From Patescibacteria group bacterium (GTDB taxonomy: Bacteria; Patescibacteriota; Minisyncoccia; Minisyncoccales; GWA2-38-27), in NCBI GenBank assembly GCA_020148045.1, contig JAHCRG010000007.1, positions 22,914-86,913 on the forward strand: 64,000 nt of DNA, written 5' to 3'. Below the pieces are notes generated by a model. That model was not told the DNA's origin. It did not search any database and saw only the letters and a program-made list of their open reading frames with translations. Numbering within the stretch: position 1 is the first letter of the stretch; every line of letters begins with the position of its first letter. The position numbers and the translations under genes were made by a program. Positions 49,870 through 59,331 of the stretch are shown piece by piece.

Positions 49870-50849
49870 TAACGGGCTTTTTGGCTTATCTTCTTGCCTA
49901 AAGTTAGGCAGACGGCAACTACCAAAAATAGAATAATTATACCTATCTGGTTGGAAACTCGGCTAATAATTAAACCGTTGAGGCTAAAGAACAGGCCAAA
50001 TAGATACATAAATATGAGCGCTTTACTTTTAGAAAACCCTTTGGCCAGGAGTCTAAGGGCAAAGTGGTCGTCGCTTTTCTTAAAAATCGACCTTCCTTTT
50101 CTCGCCCTTATAAACATAACAAACAATGTGTCATACACAGGAAGCCCCAGAACAAGAATCGGGCAAACTAAGGCTATTTTCTTCTCTAGAGGAGCATAAC
50201 TTATCAATATAGCAATAGCGGCAAGTGCAAAACCCAAAAAGTGGCTCCCGGAATTGCCCATATAAACTTTTATTGAAGATAAATTATAGCGCAAAAAACT
50301 TAATGTTACTGCTGTCAAGGCCAAAGAGGCAACTGCTATAGAAAGATTAGCATTAAATAAAGCAATAAGGAAAAACGTCACCGAAGATATAGCGGCAACT
50401 CCTCCTGCCAGTCCATCCATTATATCTAAGTGATTAAAGGCATTGGTTATTCCTAAGACCCAAAGAAAGGTAATTAAAACATTCAAATAAGGCCCGATAT
50501 AGATAATCCGCGTCTTTATGCCAAAGAGAATAAGCAAAACGGTGGCGACAATCTGAACCAGGAACTTAATAGGCACAGAAAGTTCTTTTTTATAGTCGTC
50601 GATTATGCCAAAAGCCACCAGGAGGCCGGAACCCAGGATTATCCCCCAGCCTGTTTTATTCAGGACTCCGTAAATTGAGCCCCCTAAAATACAGACGATA
50701 GAAAAAGCCAGCCACATACCCAGGCCGCCCAGGCGGGTTATGCCCTGGGGACTCACAAAGTTGGTCTTTAAGGCAAGGCTTCTAAACAAGGCAATCAAAA
50801 TCAGCCCTAATACCAAGGCAGATAAGAAGACAAGGGTATAGCCTAACAC
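49869..50849 (-). CDS. Undecaprenyl-phosphate HexNAc-1-phosphate transferase (WecA/MraY family)
   Basis: LGG, GIIDD, NAFNHLDIMDGLA, YMGNSGS, H..L. Confidence 0.88.
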   Translation of the reverse strand: MLGYTLVFLSALVLGLILIALFRSLALKTNFVSPQGITRLGGLGMWLAFSIVCILGGSIYGVLNKTGWGIILGSGLLVAFGIIDDYKKELSVPIKFLVQIVATVLLILFGIKTRIIYIGPYLNVLITFLWVLGITNAFNHLDIMDGLAGGVAAISSVTFFLIALFNANLSIAVASLALTAVTLSFLRYNLSSIKVYMGNSGSHFLGFALAAIAILISYAPLEKKIALVCPILVLGLPVYDTLFVMFIRARKGRSIFKKSDDHFALRLLAKGFSKSKALIFMYLFGLFFSLNGLIISRVSNQIGIIILFLVVAVCLTLGKKISQKAR

Positions 50850-52045
50850 AGCCTTTTCTCCTTTCCTAAAGTCTGATAAAGTTTGTCTATTCTTTCTACC
50901 ATATGTTCTACTTCAAAAGAAGGACCAAGCAACCTTTTCCCCTCTCGGCCCATTTTGCGGGCGAGGGCTTTATTCTTTAAAAGGGCAGCGGCTCTCTGGG
51001 CCATAGTTTGGATATTCCCGGGAGAAACCAAGAATCCATTGATACCATTGCGAATTATCTCTTGTGCACCGCCAGTCGATGTAGCTACGATCGGCACGGC
51101 AGAAGCCATGGCTTCCAAGAGAACTATTGGCGAGCCTTCCCATAAAGAGGTCAACATAAATACATCTAAGATAGACAAAATCTGGGGGATATCGCGACGC
51201 CACCCTGTGAAAATAACGTCTTTCTCCAGGGCAAACCTTTTTCTTAAGCCTTCTAATTTTCTGCGCAAAACTCCATCGCCAACCAAAAGGAATTTTGTTT
51301 CAGGAAAATTCTTTTTTACAAGAGCTGCTACTTTGATAAAATCCTCAGGGGCCTTTTGGGGTTTAAAACAGGCGACCATCCCCACAACGTTAGAATCTGT
51401 CTTTAACCCCAACTCCTCCTTTTTCTTTTTGATATCCGCCTGGCAACCAGTAAATTTCTGCAAGGGGATGCCATATTCAAGCAGGGCATATTTATCCTCC
51501 GTGCCAATGCGGGCATTTAGACCTTTTTTAATGACGCTTTGTGAGACAGCAATTAATTTATCGGTAATCCTGGCGGTTAGCCGTTCCAGGAAGATAAAAA
51601 GCCTTCTTGCCAATGGATTCTGCCATTGGTGGAATCCCCATCCATGAATAGTATGCAGGATTACAGGAACACCAGCCAACCTGGCGGCCCAGCGGCCTAA
51701 AATTCCTGCTTTGGAGCTATGGGTGTGAACAATATCGAAGTTCTTATTTTTAATGAACCTGGTAAGGCTAATTAGGGTTCTAAGATCTTTCAGGGGGCTT
51801 ATGGTTCGCTTAAGGGCGGGTAGAAAGGCTGTATTTATTTCCGGAATATTCAGGGCATCAGGAAGTAAAATCCCGTCATTTGAGCTGACAAGAGAAAGAT
51901 TATATCTCGTTTTATTTAAAATGCTTACAATATCTAGGGCGCTTTTCTGCGCGCCACCTAATTCCAGCTTCGTGACTATATGCAAGACATTTAATCTTCT
52001 CAAGCCATCTCTTCCCTTTGTCCTTCTAACTATAACATACTGCAT
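50843..52045 (-). CDS. GT4 glycosyltransferase
   Basis: GGAQ, VHTHSSKAG, HTIHG, EG.P..LLEAMA. Start set at ATG 52045 (TTG 52003 also possible); the track's 52096 start lies inside the non-coding motif. Confidence 0.88.
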   Translation of the reverse strand: MQYVIVRRTKGRDGLRRLNVLHIVTKLELGGAQKSALDIVSILNKTRYNLSLVSSNDGILLPDALNIPEINTAFLPALKRTISPLKDLRTLISLTRFIKNKNFDIVHTHSSKAGILGRWAARLAGVPVILHTIHGWGFHQWQNPLARRLFIFLERLTARITDKLIAVSQSVIKKGLNARIGTEDKYALLEYGIPLQKFTGCQADIKKKKEELGLKTDSNVVGMVACFKPQKAPEDFIKVAALVKKNFPETKFLLVGDGVLRRKLEGLRKRFALEKDVIFTGWRRDIPQILSILDVFMLTSLWEGSPIVLLEAMASAVPIVATSTGGAQEIIRNGINGFLVSPGNIQTMAQRAAALLKNKALARKMGREGKRLLGPSFEVEHMVERIDKLYQTLGKEKRLC

Positions 52046-52058
52046 CACCTCTGTCAAT

Positions 52059-52136
52059 TTAAGAAAATTGCCTTCGGTAATAACCTTAATATGCAATTTT
52101 CGCAGTGGTGTACGTTATATACTTTCCTACACCATG
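52059..52136 (-). promoter_or_regulatory. Candidate structured leader motif, copy 2
   Basis: Minus strand ATGGTGTAGGAAAGTATATAACGTACACCACTGCGAAAATTGC...GCAATTTTCTTAA; first element of the glycan locus. Confidence 0.55.
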
Positions 52137-52151
52137 AAAAATCAAGGGATA

Positions 52152-54161
52152 TTAAAATTCCGCTTCCACCCCAAAAGTGAATGTTCTTTCCGGAGCCGGA
52201 CTAAATTTTTTCACTCCTCCTGATTTAAAACCATAAGAATTGTATCTTTCATCTAAAAGGTTATCGATTGCAAAAAATAGAGACCACCACTTATGTGTAT
52301 AACTAAGTTTCAGATCCGCAGTAGTATAGCTGGGGAGCTTATCGTCGTTGGCTGAATCTATATATGAACTGCCAACTCTGGTAACAATTAAATTTGCTCC
52401 CCATCCAGAATCTGTCTCCCATTTTACCCCCAGGCTTCCTTTATGTATGGGGATATTGGCCAGGTATTTACCGTCGTAACTTCCGCTTTCATTTTTGGCT
52501 CTTGTGTAACTATAATTGACAAAAGAAGTTAATTCCTTAATAATTTTGAGAGTCAGACTTGTTTCAATCCCTTTATGTGATGTCTGACCGTAATTTTTAT
52601 ACTGCCTCTGCGTATAATCATACCAAATCTCGTTATCGAGCTCCATCCAGTATAAGCCAACATTTGCTCTTAAGTAATCATTGAACCGATGGCGTATGCC
52701 TGCCTCATAATTTTCCGCTTCCTCGGGATTTAAATCGGGGTTAGAAACGCTTCCATAGGTAAACATCTGTCCTATCGTAGGAGTCCTAAAAGCCTGGGCA
52801 TAATTGGCATAGAGATTACAATCTTTACCATAAGTATAGACTATGCCGCACTTCGGACTTGTGCTGGACATCTTTCTATCCTCTGAATTAGTTTCATCCT
52901 CATAGTCAGTAAAGTCAAACTTTATTAAATCGTATCTTATTCCTGCTATAAGTTTAAGAGGGGCAAAAAGTTTAATCTCATCTTGAACATAGGAACCAAT
53001 TTTATCTCGTTTAACCTTATAATTACTGCCAATAGCACCTCTTATCTGACAGGGTGCGGCATATTCCTGGTAATCAAAATTGTTTCTTTCTAAATCGATA
53101 CCTGTGGTAAAAGAATGCTCCATTCCAAAAATTTCCGGATTTATATTTAAGCGCGAAAGGAAACCGTAGGTATCTTCTTCATCGAGTTGCTCTTGTGTAG
53201 AACTATTTGTAGAACCACTGGTATAAAAAGATTCGCTATCCTCATATCTATAGTAAAATGTCTCTTCTATTTTAAAGATTTTCCCTATATCCTTACGGTA
53301 AGTTAGGCCTAAATTAGTCTTTTTAACTTCGCTTTTATCATTCTCTGAACCGGGCCTGGCCTGAGGTCTATCCTGTTCAATTTGTGCTTCGGTGAGCGCC
53401 CAGGCATAGGCACCTCTTTGTTTCTGGTGGTAATCCAAAGATAATTTTAAATCCTGGGTCTGGTCAATTAAAAAATCTAATTTCCCGTTGAGATGGATAT
53501 CCTCATAATCACAGTGCCTGCGAAAGCCGTCTGTTGATTTTCTGCTTACACCTAAATAGGAGCCAATTCTCTCAAGCATTCCGGAGATGGAAAGATTATA
53601 ATTTTGCGTATCAAAACTTCCGTAAGAAGCAGATATCTTAGTCTCAGGAATAACGCTTGGTCTCTTGGTGATAATATTAATTACCCCGGACATAGCATTG
53701 TCTCCGTAAAGACAAGAGGCGGGTCCTCTTACTATTTCTATTCTCTCAATATTGTCCAGAGGAATTAGACTCCAATCCACAAGTTTAGACTTACCTTTAT
53801 TTTGCGGTATTCCGTCTACGAGTATTAATTGATGTGTGGACATCCCTCCCCAAAACCCACGCATATTTATTCTGCCCACTGTCCCTACGCCGGAAGCATC
53901 ATACATATAGACACCCTCTAAGTGCCTTAATAAACCGGGGACATTTTTTGCATTTGTCTCTTTAATTTCTTCTTCTTTTATAATGCTTACAGTGGAAGAG
54001 ACCTCCGATAATCTCCTTTCTATTCTTAAGGGCGTTATTGTTATTGGCTCTAAGGTAATCTTTTCCAAATCTTTGTTTTCTTCTGCCAAAATTGTTCCTT
54101 GCAAACTGCCTAAAATCAGCATTTCCACTATCAACATCGAAATTATTAATTTTCTTCTCAT
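52152..54161 (-). CDS. btuB: TonB-dependent receptor, probable cobalamin receptor
   Basis: Signal peptide from ATG 54161 (GGAGG RBS); plug motif IERIEIVRGP.S.LYG..A..GVINIIT; C-terminal F; preceded by a Cbl riboswitch and btuFCD. Confidence 0.8.
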   Translation of the reverse strand: MRRKLIISMLIVEMLILGSLQGTILAEENKDLEKITLEPITITPLRIERRLSEVSSTVSIIKEEEIKETNAKNVPGLLRHLEGVYMYDASGVGTVGRINMRGFWGGMSTHQLILVDGIPQNKGKSKLVDWSLIPLDNIERIEIVRGPASCLYGDNAMSGVINIITKRPSVIPETKISASYGSFDTQNYNLSISGMLERIGSYLGVSRKSTDGFRRHCDYEDIHLNGKLDFLIDQTQDLKLSLDYHQKQRGAYAWALTEAQIEQDRPQARPGSENDKSEVKKTNLGLTYRKDIGKIFKIEETFYYRYEDSESFYTSGSTNSSTQEQLDEEDTYGFLSRLNINPEIFGMEHSFTTGIDLERNNFDYQEYAAPCQIRGAIGSNYKVKRDKIGSYVQDEIKLFAPLKLIAGIRYDLIKFDFTDYEDETNSEDRKMSSTSPKCGIVYTYGKDCNLYANYAQAFRTPTIGQMFTYGSVSNPDLNPEEAENYEAGIRHRFNDYLRANVGLYWMELDNEIWYDYTQRQYKNYGQTSHKGIETSLTLKIIKELTSFVNYSYTRAKNESGSYDGKYLANIPIHKGSLGVKWETDSGWGANLIVTRVGSSYIDSANDDKLPSYTTADLKLSYTHKWWSLFFAIDNLLDERYNSYGFKSGGVKKFSPAPERTFTFGVEAEF

Positions 54162-54162
54162 T

Positions 54163-54288
54163 TTTCTCCTCCCTCGAGAATACTCCCAAGATAGACAATC
54201 GTCCGGGCTCAACTTAGTTGACAGTTAACTAAATCATTACCGTTGCGGGGCAGCGGAAGGAATTTCACCTTCACTTCCTTTGTCTATC
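54163..54288 (-). ncRNA. Compact cobalamin riboswitch (Cbl-II-like) controlling the receptor gene
   Basis: Minus: GATAGACAA-AGGAAGT-GAAGGTGAAATTCCTTC-CGCTGCCCCGCAACGGTAA-(short stem)-GAGCCCG-GACGA-TTGTCTATC, a 9-bp closing stem, followed by CGAGGGAGG (RBS). Confidence 0.8.
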
Positions 54289-55084
54289 CGGCAAGTTGCT
54301 TTTTCCTCTCCTCTTCAGAAACTATAAATATATAAGGTTTAGAAGAAATTGGGTTTTTTTCTACTACCACAACCGTCTTGTATACCTCTTCAATAACTCG
54401 ATATTTCATCACCTCCTCAGGACTCCCTACCTTGTGGATTCTTCCTTGATTAATAAGAACTAAGCGATGGCAGTATTCGCTGGCCAAATTGAGGTCATGC
54501 AAAACCATAATTATCGTGAGCCCAAGTTCCTGGTTGAGCTTTTTGAGCAGGTCTAAAATCCCTACCTGATGGGTTATATCTAAATGCGTTGTAGGTTCGT
54601 CTAATAAAAGCAGCTTGGGTTCCTGGGCCAAAGCGCGGGAAATCAGGGCAAGCTGTCTTTCCCCGCCGCTTATCTGGCCCATAAGCTGGTCTTTAAGCTT
54701 GAGGGTATCAGTTTTGGCCATACACCTTTGGGCGACTCCTAAGTCCTTTCCTGTCTCTAAAAATTGAAATTTTTCAAAATGGGGAATCCTTCCTAAAAGC
54801 ACAAACTCCTCTACGCTCATAAACCCTCCGCCAAAACTTTGGGGAACTACCGCTACTTTCTTAGCTAATTCCTTAAATCCCATCTGCCAGATATCCCTGC
54901 CTTTTAAGAAAATTATACCTTTTTCCGGCTTAAGGATACGGGTTATAGCCCGAAGAAGCGTAGTCTTTCCTGAACCGTTAGGACCGATTATCCCCACAAT
55001 TTCTCTATCTTCTACCTTAAAATCGATATCTTGAAGAATAAATTTTGAATCGTATCCACAAGTTAGATTCTTAATTTTGAGCAT
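54284..55084 (-). CDS. btuD: Cobalamin/iron-chelate ABC transporter ATPase
   Basis: GPNGSGKTT, SGGERQ, LLLDEPT, VLHDLN. Confidence 0.85.
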   Translation of the reverse strand: MLKIKNLTCGYDSKFILQDIDFKVEDREIVGIIGPNGSGKTTLLRAITRILKPEKGIIFLKGRDIWQMGFKELAKKVAVVPQSFGGGFMSVEEFVLLGRIPHFEKFQFLETGKDLGVAQRCMAKTDTLKLKDQLMGQISGGERQLALISRALAQEPKLLLLDEPTTHLDITHQVGILDLLKKLNQELGLTIIMVLHDLNLASEYCHRLVLINQGRIHKVGSPEEVMKYRVIEEVYKTVVVVEKNPISSKPYIFIVSEEERKKQLAG

Positions 55085-56100
55085 TACCTTTCTCCCAAAA
55101 CAGTCTTCTTTTTAGTCAAGGCATAAACAAAAAGGCTTCCGCCCAATATGCCCGTAATTACACCCACGGGTAATTCCATAGGAGAAATGATGGTTCTGGC
55201 TAAAGTATCACAAAAGATTAAAAAACCCGCTCCACACAAGAATGAGCCAATTAAAAGAACCCGATGGTCGCTACCGACAAACATACGCATAAAATGGGGA
55301 ACTACCAAACCCACAAAGCCAATTATTCCCGCTATAGATACACTAAAACCTGTAAGCAAAGAGGCGATAATGAAAAGTAAGCGCTTTGTCTTTTCTACAT
55401 TGATACCCAAATGCAAGGCCTCTTCTTCGCCCAAAGAAAGGGCATTGAGGTCGAAACAAAAAAGGTAAGAACCAATCAAGCCAAAAATAGAGACTCCACA
55501 GGTCAATTTTATAAGAAACCAGTCGGGTTCCTCTAAGGACCCCATTATCCAGAAAACAATCCCGTGAAGGTCTTCTGTGCGCGAAATGGACATAATCAGC
55601 ATTATCAAAGATGAAGAGATAAAACTTATCATCACCCCTGTTAATAGGAGCCCTTGCATTTTTAATATGCCCCTTCTTACGCTTATTGAATAAACAAGTA
55701 TTATTACCGTAACCGAACCTAAAAAACCAAAAAGGGGCAAAGTCAAGACGCCCCAGGCCCGGTGTAATCTTAAGAGAATATTTAAACACACCCCGATTGC
55801 TGCTCCGCCTGAGATACCCAAGGTATATGGCTCAACTAAGGGATTGCGAAACATCCCTTGCAGGATTACACCCACCAGACTCAATGCCCCTCCGATAGCA
55901 AAACCTAAGATAATGCGGGGTAAACGAATATCAAAGAGGATGCTATATTCAGTAGTGCCTTTGCCTTCTGAAATTAATGAGGCAATTTTCTTAACAGGTA
56001 TCCCAGCCGGACCAATAGATAAAGAAAGAATGCCTATTCCTAAAAGGGCCCCTGCCAAAACCAATACCCAGAAAATCCAGCGAACTATTTTCTTATCCAT
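55084..56100 (-). CDS. btuC: FecCD/BtuC-family permease
   Basis: RLPR, FRNPLVEPY.LG.S.GA, EEA..LG, GIIGFVGL.VPH. Confidence 0.85.
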   Translation of the reverse strand: MDKKIVRWIFWVLVLAGALLGIGILSLSIGPAGIPVKKIASLISEGKGTTEYSILFDIRLPRIILGFAIGGALSLVGVILQGMFRNPLVEPYTLGISGGAAIGVCLNILLRLHRAWGVLTLPLFGFLGSVTVIILVYSISVRRGILKMQGLLLTGVMISFISSSLIMLIMSISRTEDLHGIVFWIMGSLEEPDWFLIKLTCGVSIFGLIGSYLFCFDLNALSLGEEEALHLGINVEKTKRLLFIIASLLTGFSVSIAGIIGFVGLVVPHFMRMFVGSDHRVLLIGSFLCGAGFLIFCDTLARTIISPMELPVGVITGILGGSLFVYALTKKKTVLGER

Positions 56101-56959
56101 TTTGGAGATGTAAGATTTTAGCCATTTCCTCTAAAGCTTGAACAAAGCTTAGGGGCGTAGGACTACAAAAATTGTCAGAATCGACAATATAAATCCGATT
56201 ATTCTTTACAGCCTTTAAGCTCTTATATCTTCTCCAAATCTCCTTTTCCTCTTTCCCTACAAGGCCCATAGTTACAATAATTATGACATCGGGGTCATCT
56301 TTAAGGACTTTTTCTCTTGAGTAGCGGTTGTTCTTTGAACCTTGTGCGCTATTTATTCCCCCGGCAAATTCGATAAAGTCGTTAACAAAAGAGTCTTTGG
56401 TTACGGTAACTAAGGGCCTGGTTCCCAGTTGAATGAAAACTTTGGGTTTCTCAAATTCCTTAACCTTATTTTTTACAGAATCCACTTTGTCTCTGGCGAT
56501 GCCTATAACAGTTTTAGCCTCGTTTTCTTTGCCCACAATTCTGCCTAATTCCAAAAAATGTTCGCAAATCTCGCTGAAGTTTTTTGCCTCAGCAAAAGTA
56601 ACTACTTTTATTCCTAAATTTTTCAATTTCTCTTTTGCCTTTGGAGTGGTTAAAGATGTGGCCAATACCAAATCGGGCCGAAGAGCAACAATTTTTTCCA
56701 AATTAACTTCTATTGCTGTGCCTACCTTCTCTTTCCTTTTTGCCTCAAGCGGCTTTTGGCAATAAACTGAGCAGCCTATTAATCTATCTTCTATTCCTAA
56801 AATGTAGAGCTCTTCAGTTATAGCCGAACCTAAAGAAATTATTCTCTGCGGATAGTTGTCCTGCGCATAGGTTATAGCTGCGGCATATAAAAGCACAAGA
56901 ATGGCGAAACACCGGCATAGTAATAACTTTAATTTTTGATTTATGTGATAAACTGGCAT
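56093..56959 (-). CDS. btuF: Periplasmic cobalamin-binding protein
   Basis: Signal peptide; PQRIISL, EKIVALRPDLV, AGG.N, DPDVII. Confidence 0.8.
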   Translation of the reverse strand: MPVYHINQKLKLLLCRCFAILVLLYAAAITYAQDNYPQRIISLGSAITEELYILGIEDRLIGCSVYCQKPLEAKRKEKVGTAIEVNLEKIVALRPDLVLATSLTTPKAKEKLKNLGIKVVTFAEAKNFSEICEHFLELGRIVGKENEAKTVIGIARDKVDSVKNKVKEFEKPKVFIQLGTRPLVTVTKDSFVNDFIEFAGGINSAQGSKNNRYSREKVLKDDPDVIIIVTMGLVGKEEKEIWRRYKSLKAVKNNRIYIVDSDNFCSPTPLSFVQALEEMAKILHLQNG

Positions 56960-57747
56960 TAGTCCTCTTTAAAAATTTCAGGATGAATAAATTTGGCCAA
57001 AATCTCCAGTCCCTTAACTGTCCTTGGTCCTGGCCGACAAACTAACTGCGCATCGATCTGATAAATCCGATTATTAAGATAGGCATCGGTATGTTGAAAG
57101 CGAGGATGATTCTGCGTATAGGATAATAAACCCATAGTTTCTCTATGCCCTTTAGAGGTAATTATAACTTGAGGGTTTTTCTTAATCACAACCTCTAATA
57201 AGTCATCGATGTTGTCTCTATCGATATCCCGCATAATATTTAATCCTCCTGCTACCTCGATTAACTTATTAATTGTGCAAGATTTTAGGGCAATGCACAA
57301 GGGATTGTGAGAACATATATAGCAAACCCTGGGTCGTGGGCTTATAGCTTTAGTTTTCTGATGTATCTTTTTAATCTTTTCTCCTATTTTCTTAGCCAAT
57401 GAAAGGGCCTTTCTTTGGCATCCAATAAGTTTGCCCACAAAGGATATGGCAGATGGGGCATCCAAGACTGTTTTTGTCTTTACCACATAAGTTGTTATCC
57501 CCTTAGCTCTTAATTTGGAAATAGCTCCTTTTCTTAAATCAATATCTGTAGCCAATACTAAATCCGGAGAAAGGGAAATTATCTTTTCTATATCCGGTGT
57601 AGAATAACCGCCAATCTTATCTATCAGCTTGACTTCTGGAGGATAATTACAACACCCGCTTACTGCCACAAGTTTACTGCCCTCTCCTAAGGCAAAAACA
57701 ATCTCAGTATTAGACGGTGCTAATGAGACAATTCTTTTAATGTTCAT
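56959..57747 (-). CDS. BtuF-like binding protein lacking an obvious signal peptide
   Basis: RIVSLAPSNTEI.FALG, NYPPE, EKIISLSPDLV, RPGPR; start set at ATG 57747. Confidence 0.78.
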   Translation of the reverse strand: MNIKRIVSLAPSNTEIVFALGEGSKLVAVSGCCNYPPEVKLIDKIGGYSTPDIEKIISLSPDLVLATDIDLRKGAISKLRAKGITTYVVKTKTVLDAPSAISFVGKLIGCQRKALSLAKKIGEKIKKIHQKTKAISPRPRVCYICSHNPLCIALKSCTINKLIEVAGGLNIMRDIDRDNIDDLLEVVIKKNPQVIITSKGHRETMGLLSYTQNHPRFQHTDAYLNNRIYQIDAQLVCRPGPRTVKGLEILAKFIHPEIFKED

Positions 57748-58408
57748 TTTTAAATTTGAGTTCCAAAAACCAATGTTTATCTTTAAATATCTTCTTGTCA
57801 AAGATGAGTTCTATAGGCCCTTTAAAGATAGGGCCGTTGTAAACCAAACTGTGATACTCTCCCTCTTCTCCACAAAGGTCAACTTTCTTTAAAGAATTTA
57901 TGTCTTTTACAAATTCATTATCGACTTGGCGGCCTAACCATTCTTTACCTAAAGAGGATGCATCTGTGGCTACAACAATTGCCTTAAATTTTTGATCAAT
58001 AAATTCTTTAAGCAAATTTTCTCTTTTTTCTTTCCATAAGGGCAGTATCGGTTTTATATCTACATCTTTACATACCCTCTCTACCCAATCTCGGTGCTGT
58101 TGTAGGTCGATATCTCCAAAGATACCTGTATCTATACCTTTAGTCTTTAACTCTGAAACAGCTTTTTTGAATTCCTCTTCGTAAGTTTCCCAAGTAGTTT
58201 TTCTCTGAACAATAGGGATTCCTAAAGCCTGCGCTTGAATCTTGAGTAATGCTGCACTAACCCCGTGAGAACGGGAATGCTTGCCATCAACTGAAACCAT
58301 ATTTACCAGATAAGCAATATCCATTTTTGACCTTTGCGCTTTATAAAGTGCTAAGGCGCTTTCTTTGCCCCCACTCCAGCAACAAAATGCCTTTGTTTTT
58401 TTAGTCAT
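57737..58408 (-). CDS. Diphthine-ammonia ligase-like ATP pyrophosphatase (MJ0570/Dph6 family)
   Basis: WSGGKES, RSHG, FGDI, PLW, DLCGEEGEYHS; ATG 58408 overlaps the upstream stop (ATGA). Confidence 0.85.
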   Translation of the reverse strand: MTKKTKAFCCWSGGKESALALYKAQRSKMDIAYLVNMVSVDGKHSRSHGVSAALLKIQAQALGIPIVQRKTTWETYEEEFKKAVSELKTKGIDTGIFGDIDLQQHRDWVERVCKDVDIKPILPLWKEKRENLLKEFIDQKFKAIVVATDASSLGKEWLGRQVDNEFVKDINSLKKVDLCGEEGEYHSLVYNGPIFKGPIELIFDKKIFKDKHWFLELKFKNEH

Positions 58409-59331
58409 TTTATCGGCGCTACCCAACCGCAGACAGGACAATGAAACGCTCCCCTGCTCATCCCTGCACTACAACCAGGGCATTGCTTTTCGCCTTTTTT
58501 AGCCTGAGGTATTGGTCCAATTACATCTTTATAAATCTGGTAATAATAAAAATGTTCTTTGTTTATAAATTTTATTGGATAGAATCGGCTTTTTTGTTTA
58601 AATTCTCTATCTGAAACCTTCGCCGTTATAATATCTCTTAATTTATTCATACCCGAGCCATACTCTAACGGCCTCTTATTCTGCCAAACAATATCTTTTG
58701 GTAAGGCATCTTGGAATGCCTTACGCAAAATCCACTTTCCCAAAAGTTTACCGTTTTCTTTTTTAATTTTGAGCTCCGGGCTAATCCTGAGAGAAAAATC
58801 AATAAGCTCTTTATCTAAAAAGGGCTGCGCTATTTTAATTTTAAAAAATTGCCCAATTTTATTAGAGCCAAATTTCATTCTGCGGGTTATTTTCTTAATA
58901 TAGGCTTCTAAGTCACCTATTTTTTGCATAAAATCGTAACCGGCAAAAAGTTCATCGCTTCCATCGCCGGTCATTACTGCATTAATCCCCAATTCTTGGG
59001 CCTTTTTTAAGCCGAAATATACTGTTAAATCATTGGGAATAGCTGGATCAAAGGTCTTGAGTATCTTTATTACCTCTGGAACTGCCTCTTGTGCCTCATC
59101 AATACTGACCTTGTTCTGAAAATGCTCTATTCTAAGAAGCCCGGCTAAAGAAGTAGCGAACTTTACATCTTTTCCCTTTGAGTTTAAACTAACTGTGATT
59201 GCTTTAACCCCAGAATCAAAACTAGCCAAAATAGCCGAGTCTAAGCCCCCAGAAAAAAGTAAAGCCGGGGTTTTGTTTTTCTGAATTGCCGTAGTCAATT
59301 TTGCTCTTAATTTTAAAACTATGTCTTTCAT
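58405..59331 (-). CDS. Asparagine synthetase C-terminal-domain protein with C-terminal zinc ribbon
   Basis: LFSGGLDS, TGDGSDELFAGY, PFLD, KWILRKAF, CPGC...CPVC; no Ntn glutaminase domain. Confidence 0.85.
   Translation of the reverse strand: MKDIVLKLRAKLTTAIQKNKTPALLFSGGLDSAILASFDSGVKAITVSLNSKGKDVKFATSLAGLLRIEHFQNKVSIDEAQEAVPEVIKILKTFDPAIPNDLTVYFGLKKAQELGINAVMTGDGSDELFAGYDFMQKIGDLEAYIKKITRRMKFGSNKIGQFFKIKIAQPFLDKELIDFSLRISPELKIKKENGKLLGKWILRKAFQDALPKDIVWQNKRPLEYGSGMNKLRDIITAKVSDREFKQKSRFYPIKFINKEHFYYYQIYKDVIGPIPQAKKGEKQCPGCSAGMSRGAFHCPVCGWVAPIK

Noticed and set aside
52106..52150. Repeated motif as a sigma54 or sigma70 promoter
   Set aside because: TGGYRT is present but the -12 TTGC is absent; TTGATT..TATATA occurs only in copy 2 with imperfect spacing. 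Kept only as an alternative
54162..54212. Longer N-termini given by the ORF track (btuB 54212; also cobU 63711, GT4 52096, 58441, 57801, 23149)
   Set aside because: Extensions run through riboswitch/terminator sequence or upstream genes; internal ATGs have better RBS or coupling
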